A stretch of DNA of 64,000 nucleotides, from positions 2,535,475 through 2,599,474 of the forward strand of contig OZ242350.1 of the NCBI GenBank assembly GCA_965208645.1, given 5' to 3'. The notes under the pieces are model-generated. The model did no database searches, was not told where the DNA came from, and saw only the letters and a program-made list of their open reading frames with translations. Shown here in pieces: positions 59,349 through 64,000 of this stretch; positions within the stretch are counted from its first letter, which is position 1; every line of letters begins with the position of its first letter. This DNA is from Dehalococcoidia bacterium. GTDB lineage: Bacteria; Chloroflexota; Dehalococcoidia; Lucifugimonadales; Lucifugimonadaceae. Both the position numbers and the translations under genes were made by a program.

Positions 59349-59673
59349 AGGTCACGGTTGCCGGTTACCTTTGGACGTGCTACCGGCATTGCACATCCGC
59401 ACCTCAGATTTTCGGTGCCCGATAAGTGCCGCTGAGGGCGACTCCTACCGGACATCGCGGCTGATTAAGCAGCTGCGAGGGCGACTTCTCGTTCGCCGTT
59501 TGTGTTTTTGCCCGTTTTATCGTGGTCAGGCACCACGACACGCAACCTTGCGGTACGCTCCCTGTCGAATCCACTCGTCCCCTTACGTTTACTGATTATA
59601 CCTGACAATCAGTGATCCATAATCGTTGAACTACCCCTGTTCTTGTATCATTGCGGCTCTACTCTACTCACCG

Positions 59674-60501
59674 ATGAACCCGCAAAATATGGATCAACGC
59701 ATCGAAATCAACCGTCGCAATTGGAACGAAAGAACGCCGATCCACGTCGCGTCAAATCTGTATAACGTCGAAGGATTCAAAGCTGGGCGAATCACACTGA
59801 GTGACATTGAGATCGATGAGTTGGGTTCGGTTGCAGGCAAGTCGTTGCTCCACCTACAGTGCCACTTCGGCATGGACACGATGTCTTGGGCACGCCTTGG
59901 CGCCGAGGCCACCGGCGTCGATCTTTCGGATGCCTCTATCGTTGTGGCTCAAGAATTGAATGGCGAACTTGGACTGGGTGTGCGCTTTCTCCGTTCAAAC
60001 ATCTACGATTTGCCGAATGTCCTCCAAGAGCGGTTTGACGTCGTGTACACGGCTTTGGGAGCACTGTGTTGGTTACCGGACTTGACGAGGTGGGCGCAGA
60101 TCGTTGCCCGCTATCTGAAACGGGGCGGAACTTTCTATATGCTCGACGAGCATCCAACCGGCCGCATCTTCGCGTCCGTGCAAAACGCCGACGGCGGCTA
60201 CGATCTCGAAACCAAAAACCAGTATTTCCCAAATCCAGAAGGCCTGTTAGACGACGGCGAACGCAACTCTTATACGGGATCAGACACGATCAAGACGCCG
60301 GTATACGAATGGCAACACAGCATGTCGGAGATCGTTAACGCCCTGATCGGAGCCGATTTGAAGATTGAATACGTGCATGAATATCCGTTTTCATTCTTCC
60401 AAGCGTTACCTCAGATGCGACAACGTATCGATGGTTGGTGGGATTTGGACGAATATGGTGGCAATATACCATTCATGCTTTCGATTAAGGCGAACATTTA
60501 G
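59674..60501 (+). CDS. class I SAM-dependent methyltransferase (tandem paralog 1)
   Basis: RRNWNERTPIH..., LLHLQCHFGMDTMSWARLGAEATGVDLS (motif I region). The start is trimmed to MNPQNMDQ (59674). Confidence 0.75.
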   Translation: MNPQNMDQRIEINRRNWNERTPIHVASNLYNVEGFKAGRITLSDIEIDELGSVAGKSLLHLQCHFGMDTMSWARLGAEATGVDLSDASIVVAQELNGELGLGVRFLRSNIYDLPNVLQERFDVVYTALGALCWLPDLTRWAQIVARYLKRGGTFYMLDEHPTGRIFASVQNADGGYDLETKNQYFPNPEGLLDDGERNSYTGSDTIKTPVYEWQHSMSEIVNALIGADLKIEYVHEYPFSFFQALPQMRQRIDGWWDLDEYGGNIPFMLSIKANI

Positions 60502-60564
60502 ACGTATTTACTTTCGGATGTCCGAACACACATTGCTGGACATCAACCGCACGAAAATCAAGAC

Positions 60565-61377
60565 ATGAACGAGAAATTCGACATCATCCGACGCAACTGG
60601 AACGAACGTACGCCGATACACGCGGCGTCGGACTTCTACGACGTGGAGAGTTTCAGGTCCGGAAAAATCACGCTAACGGACATCGAGATTGAGGAAATAG
60701 GCTCGGTGACCGGAAAGACTCTGCTACACCTCCAATGTCATTTCGGGATGGACACCTTGTCTTGGGCACGGCTAGGGGCTGATGTGACCGGGGTCGACAT
60801 ATCTGATGTTGCGATTGATCTGGCAAACGAATTGAACGACGAGTTGGGCTTGTCCGCACGGTTCATTCGATCTAACGTTTACGACCTCCCCAAGATTCTC
60901 GCCCAACAGTTCGACATCGTCTACACCGCGATCGGTGCCCTGTGTTGGCTACCAGACATGACGGCTTGGGCTCAAATCGTCGCACGTTTTCTCAAGCCGG
61001 GCGGTATGTTCTACATCCTTGACGGACACCCAACGTCTCACATCTTCGAGTCGATTCCGGCTTCAGATGGCTCTAAATCGCTGAAACCGATTCATCCTTA
61101 TTTTCCGAAACCGGAGGGCATTTACGATGCGGGAGGAGGATGCACGTACACCGGTTCAGACATGATCGAAACGCCCAGTTACGAATGGCAACACAGCATG
61201 TCTGAAATCGTTAACGCAATCATTGATGCCGGTCTCACGATCGAGAAACTAAACGAGTTTCCTGTTTCCGGCTACCGCGCGTACCCCCAAATGATTCGCC
61301 ACGATGACGGTTGGTGGCGTCTCAACGAAAATCACGGCACAATACCGTTCCTTTTTTCGATCAAGGCGACCAAATGA
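60565..61377 (+). CDS. class I SAM-dependent methyltransferase (tandem paralog 2)
   Basis: Colinear with and highly similar to 59674..60501 (RRNWNERTPIHAAS..., LLHLQCHFGMDTLSWARLGADVTGVDIS). Confidence 0.75.
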   Translation: MNEKFDIIRRNWNERTPIHAASDFYDVESFRSGKITLTDIEIEEIGSVTGKTLLHLQCHFGMDTLSWARLGADVTGVDISDVAIDLANELNDELGLSARFIRSNVYDLPKILAQQFDIVYTAIGALCWLPDMTAWAQIVARFLKPGGMFYILDGHPTSHIFESIPASDGSKSLKPIHPYFPKPEGIYDAGGGCTYTGSDMIETPSYEWQHSMSEIVNAIIDAGLTIEKLNEFPVSGYRAYPQMIRHDDGWWRLNENHGTIPFLFSIKATK

Positions 61378-61384
61378 GGATTAA

Positions 61385-62203
61385 TTAGCTGACCAACTCA
61401 AAATAGGCGTAGAGACTCATCGTGGCTTGATCGTAATTCGCGTTACTCGATACCCACCAAGCGATCACCGACGCCACAAGCAACCCCATACCGCCCGCGG
61501 CCAGCGTCCTCGAGAGCTTCGCCCTTGCGAACCGAGTTCGAACTGTCGGCGCGCCAAAGATAAAGAAATCGTCTTCGATGGTCACAACTCGCCGAGGACT
61601 CACCACCCAACCCATGGCGGCACCTGCGATCAACCCTCCGATGTGGGCACCTTGATCGATTCCCGGAACCAACATTCCGAACACTATATTGATCACCAGC
61701 ACTATCGCCAGATTCAAGATTACAGGGTTCGCAGCTACACCGAAGTCTTTACGATTGCGGATGAGGAATACCCCGTAGGCGCCTACGATACCGAAGACTG
61801 CACCGCTCGCTCCCACGCTCAATGCAGGGGAAACAAGATAACTGGCCGCAACACCGCAAACACCAGCAACCACGTACGTTGCTAGAAAAGCGGGCCAACC
61901 GAATTCACGTTCTAAACGAGGACCGAACAACACCATCGCAAATGTGTTCGCCCCGAGATGCCACAATCCCGCGTGAAGAACTACCGGTGACAACATTCGG
62001 TACCAGTCGCCAGCTTGGATCGCGGGTCCGAATTTCGCTCCCCAACGGTAGAGGTTTGCACTTTCAGTCGATCCTCCGGTGACACTGAGCACTACAAACA
62101 TTGCGACGTTTATCGCGACAAAAACGGCGGTCACCCGACTTTGAACCAATGGCTCGATCAGCCCGTTCAGTGATTGCGTATGTGTCTGTTCTCGCCTATT
62201 CAT
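61385..62203 (-). CDS. rhomboid family intramembrane serine protease
   Basis: GASGAVFG (catalytic Ser) and HIGGLIAG (catalytic His) motifs in a multi-TM protein. Confidence 0.85.
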   Translation of the reverse strand: MNRREQTHTQSLNGLIEPLVQSRVTAVFVAINVAMFVVLSVTGGSTESANLYRWGAKFGPAIQAGDWYRMLSPVVLHAGLWHLGANTFAMVLFGPRLEREFGWPAFLATYVVAGVCGVAASYLVSPALSVGASGAVFGIVGAYGVFLIRNRKDFGVAANPVILNLAIVLVINIVFGMLVPGIDQGAHIGGLIAGAAMGWVVSPRRVVTIEDDFFIFGAPTVRTRFARAKLSRTLAAGGMGLLVASVIAWWVSSNANYDQATMSLYAYFELVS

Positions 62204-62529
62204 TTCGATTGGCTCGTCCCGAATTGTGCGATTTTCCGATCAGCCTTGCGGAATCCCGTCGGTCGCGATTCTAACGACGAGGATTCTGATTGGGTCTCAA
62301 TGCATGTCGTAAAGATACATAGTTTCACTTGAAAAAATGGACTAATTTCCGGATTCTTCCATCCGCAAACGGTAGTGACGCGATTTCGAACGATTGCATC
62401 TGGGTAGTTCGTGTAAAATGGAAAGTAGCGAAGATATGGAAATCTTGTTGGATCAACTTATTTTGGATTGTAAGACCGAGTTCCAAACAAGCGTCAACGA
62501 TCACGTGACTGAATAGGTTTGATGGAGAA

Positions 62530-63081
62530 ATGCCGATGCCGATAGAAATAGTCGAAGTCGATCTCACGGAAATGCGCCGCACCGCTTTGCTAAGCAGAGC
62601 CAAAAGCCCAAACGTGCGAGCGCTGTACGAGGCGATGTTTTCACTTGAGCCAGGCGGGGCGAAAGCAGTCATCGCGGAGCCGGGTGAAGAACTCTCACAG
62701 ATCCGTAATTTGGTCACGCAATGTGCGGCACGCGCCGACATGAATCTGCAGATTGTAGTAGATCGCATCGGTGGACGCGTCCTTTTCACGCACAAACCGC
62801 ACGATTCGAACGATGGTGAAACAACTCCGCCTCGACCATCAGTGTCCCGCACACCGGAAGAACAAGCCGCGCAGGTCGAACGTCGCGAAAAAATACGTGC
62901 CGCGGCACTTGCTCTCGGACGGGAACGTCCGCAGATCAGCGCCCAAGAAGTCGTCGACTATCTCCGACATTCCGGCAACGAACTCGATTTGCCTCGGCCC
63001 ACGACCGCGGTTAGCGCAGTGATGCGCAACATGTCCGAGTTTGAGCACATCAACCGCAGCCGATTCTCGTACCGCGGGTAG
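62530..63081 (+). CDS. hypothetical protein (183 aa)
   Basis: Clean ORF following an AT-rich intergenic region, with no motif I recognise. The antisense track ORF 62325..62852 is judged spurious. Confidence 0.5.
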   Translation: MPMPIEIVEVDLTEMRRTALLSRAKSPNVRALYEAMFSLEPGGAKAVIAEPGEELSQIRNLVTQCAARADMNLQIVVDRIGGRVLFTHKPHDSNDGETTPPRPSVSRTPEEQAAQVERREKIRAAALALGRERPQISAQEVVDYLRHSGNELDLPRPTTAVSAVMRNMSEFEHINRSRFSYRG

Positions 63082-63121
63082 AGGACTGCGTTATGCTTTG
63101 GTTGGCGGGAGATGCTACCCG

Positions 63122-63979
63122 TCAACGAGGGCGGACCACGTCTAGCGGCGGAACTTCGTCAATAATTCCGTTCGCCGTCGCCATTCCAAACAATCTCTGT
63201 AACGCAGAGACCCCCTCGTCGCCCATGTCGAGCGTGTCGTCGTTGACGTACATTCGCACGAAACGTCGACCGTCTTCACGTTCGATGCCGCGCCCGTAAC
63301 CGAGCGCGTAATCCAACGCAGCATCCTCGTTCGCGTGCGCGTATTCGATCGACGATCGGAGCGCCGACGCGACGCTTGTGCACAACTCTTCGCCGAGCGA
63401 ACGGTTAACCACATCTAGACCGAGCGGTATCGGCAAGCCGGTTTCGGCAAACCAATGCTTGCCTAGGTCTAGCAAGGACTTGAAGCCGCGTTGCTCAAAG
63501 AGGATCTGGCCCTCGTGCAAAAGTATTCCGGCTTCGGCGCGGCAAGATTTGACAGCACCTTCTACCTCGTCAAAATCCAGAAACAAAGGCCGCACTCCGG
63601 CCGGTCCGAAGATCTGGAACAACATCCAAGATGTCGTGTTTTCGCCCGGAACCGCGACCGTGCAGCCTGCCAAATCTTCGAGGTTCAAATCGTCACGAAC
63701 TGTAACCACTACCGGGCCGTAGTTCCGCCCTACCGAAGCACCGCAAGACATGATCCGGTATCGATCAGCGATCTTGGGATAGTGCGCCGCCGATATCGCG
63801 GTTACCGGTAAATCTCCTGATTCGGCCAGAAGGTTTAGCGACTGGATATCTACCATGTGATGTCCGATCTCGTAACCTTCAATCTTGACTACTCCTTCTG
63901 CCAAACCGAAAAACATGAAGGCGTCGTCGGCATCCGGACTGTGTCCGAAAACTATTTTTCCCTTTTCAGGCATTTTCAA
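63122..63979 (-). CDS. MqnA/MqnD/SBP family protein (putative 1,4-dihydroxy-6-naphthoate synthase-like, futalosine pathway)
   Basis: FGHSPDADDAFMFFGL...DIQSLNLLAESGDLPVTAISAAHY...GASVGRNYGPVVV resembles the MqnD pattern. Confidence 0.65.
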   Translation of the reverse strand: MKMPEKGKIVFGHSPDADDAFMFFGLAEGVVKIEGYEIGHHMVDIQSLNLLAESGDLPVTAISAAHYPKIADRYRIMSCGASVGRNYGPVVVTVRDDLNLEDLAGCTVAVPGENTTSWMLFQIFGPAGVRPLFLDFDEVEGAVKSCRAEAGILLHEGQILFEQRGFKSLLDLGKHWFAETGLPIPLGLDVVNRSLGEELCTSVASALRSSIEYAHANEDAALDYALGYGRGIEREDGRRFVRMYVNDDTLDMGDEGVSALQRLFGMATANGIIDEVPPLDVVRPR

Positions 63980-64000
63980 CCTCTCTGTGTCTGCGGAAAT

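Noticed and set aside
59349-59625. TPP riboswitch or SRP RNA resemblance (CTGAG..., CTGAT..., GTCCGGTAGGAG segments)
   Set aside because: Only short fragments match. The required helices (the TPP P2/P4-P5 arrangement, the SRP GNRA-capped helix 8) cannot be built, and CGGTAG is not a GNRA loop.
62325-62852. 175-aa minus-strand ORF and a 32-codon + strand micro-ORF (62419-62517) in the AT-rich spacer
   Set aside because: The minus ORF is antisense to the more protein-like 62530-63081 ORF. The micro-ORF has no supporting signal beyond being open.

Overview
The window is a gene-dense bacterial chromosome segment with no rRNA, CRISPR array, integrase or transposase. The repeat-stalk substrate-binding protein, the many paralogous sugar-acid and oxidoreductase genes and the dense palindromic repeats suggest a marine Chloroflexota-like genome, but that is inference only.

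Most of the window is accessory catabolism:
- a GH32 fructosidase and a gluconolactonase
- an IlvD/Edd dehydratase
- two aldo-keto reductases, a tartrate/isopropylmalate-type dehydrogenase and a 3-hydroxyisobutyrate-dehydrogenase-like reductase
- a family-5 ABC substrate-binding protein with two permeases
- two enolase-superfamily enzymes, two DUF4432/mutarotase-like paralogs and two MDR Zn-dehydrogenase paralogs
- an amidohydrolase_2 and a sodium:solute symporter

Housekeeping genes are also present: dcd, lepB, a ComM/YifB ATPase, an ECF sigma factor with a putative anti-sigma protein, a rhomboid protease and an MqnD-like protein.

The items most worth a second look:
1. A 93-nt non-canonical tRNA at 21098-21190. 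It has an 8-bp acceptor stem, a 4-bp T stem, a long variable arm, discriminator G73 and a Cys-codon anticodon (GCA), so it is allo-tRNA or tRNA-Sec-like.
2. An ABC-type ATPase plus a small DUF4276/Toprim-like protein at 673-2522. The pair is bracketed by an exact 82-bp direct repeat made of an intact tRNA-Leu(UAG) and a 5'-decayed copy, which looks like a candidate defence mini-island.
3. An AT-richer PARIS-like AriA/AriB pair at 36657-38800. It sits in a repeat-riddled hotspot with a HEPN(degenerate)-nucleotidyltransferase fusion, a PaREP1-like protein and an HNH nuclease.
4. A split, MetH-like corrinoid methyl-transfer cassette at 25995-32344. It lacks a pterin-binding or MttB-type methyltransferase.
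5. Palindromic repeat elements inserted in frame into an ACC-deaminase-family gene.
6. A beta-class DNA methyltransferase fused to an Mrr-like nuclease domain.
7. Four perfect 51-bp coding tandem repeats in the substrate-binding protein.

All family assignments come from motif recognition by eye. No searches were run.
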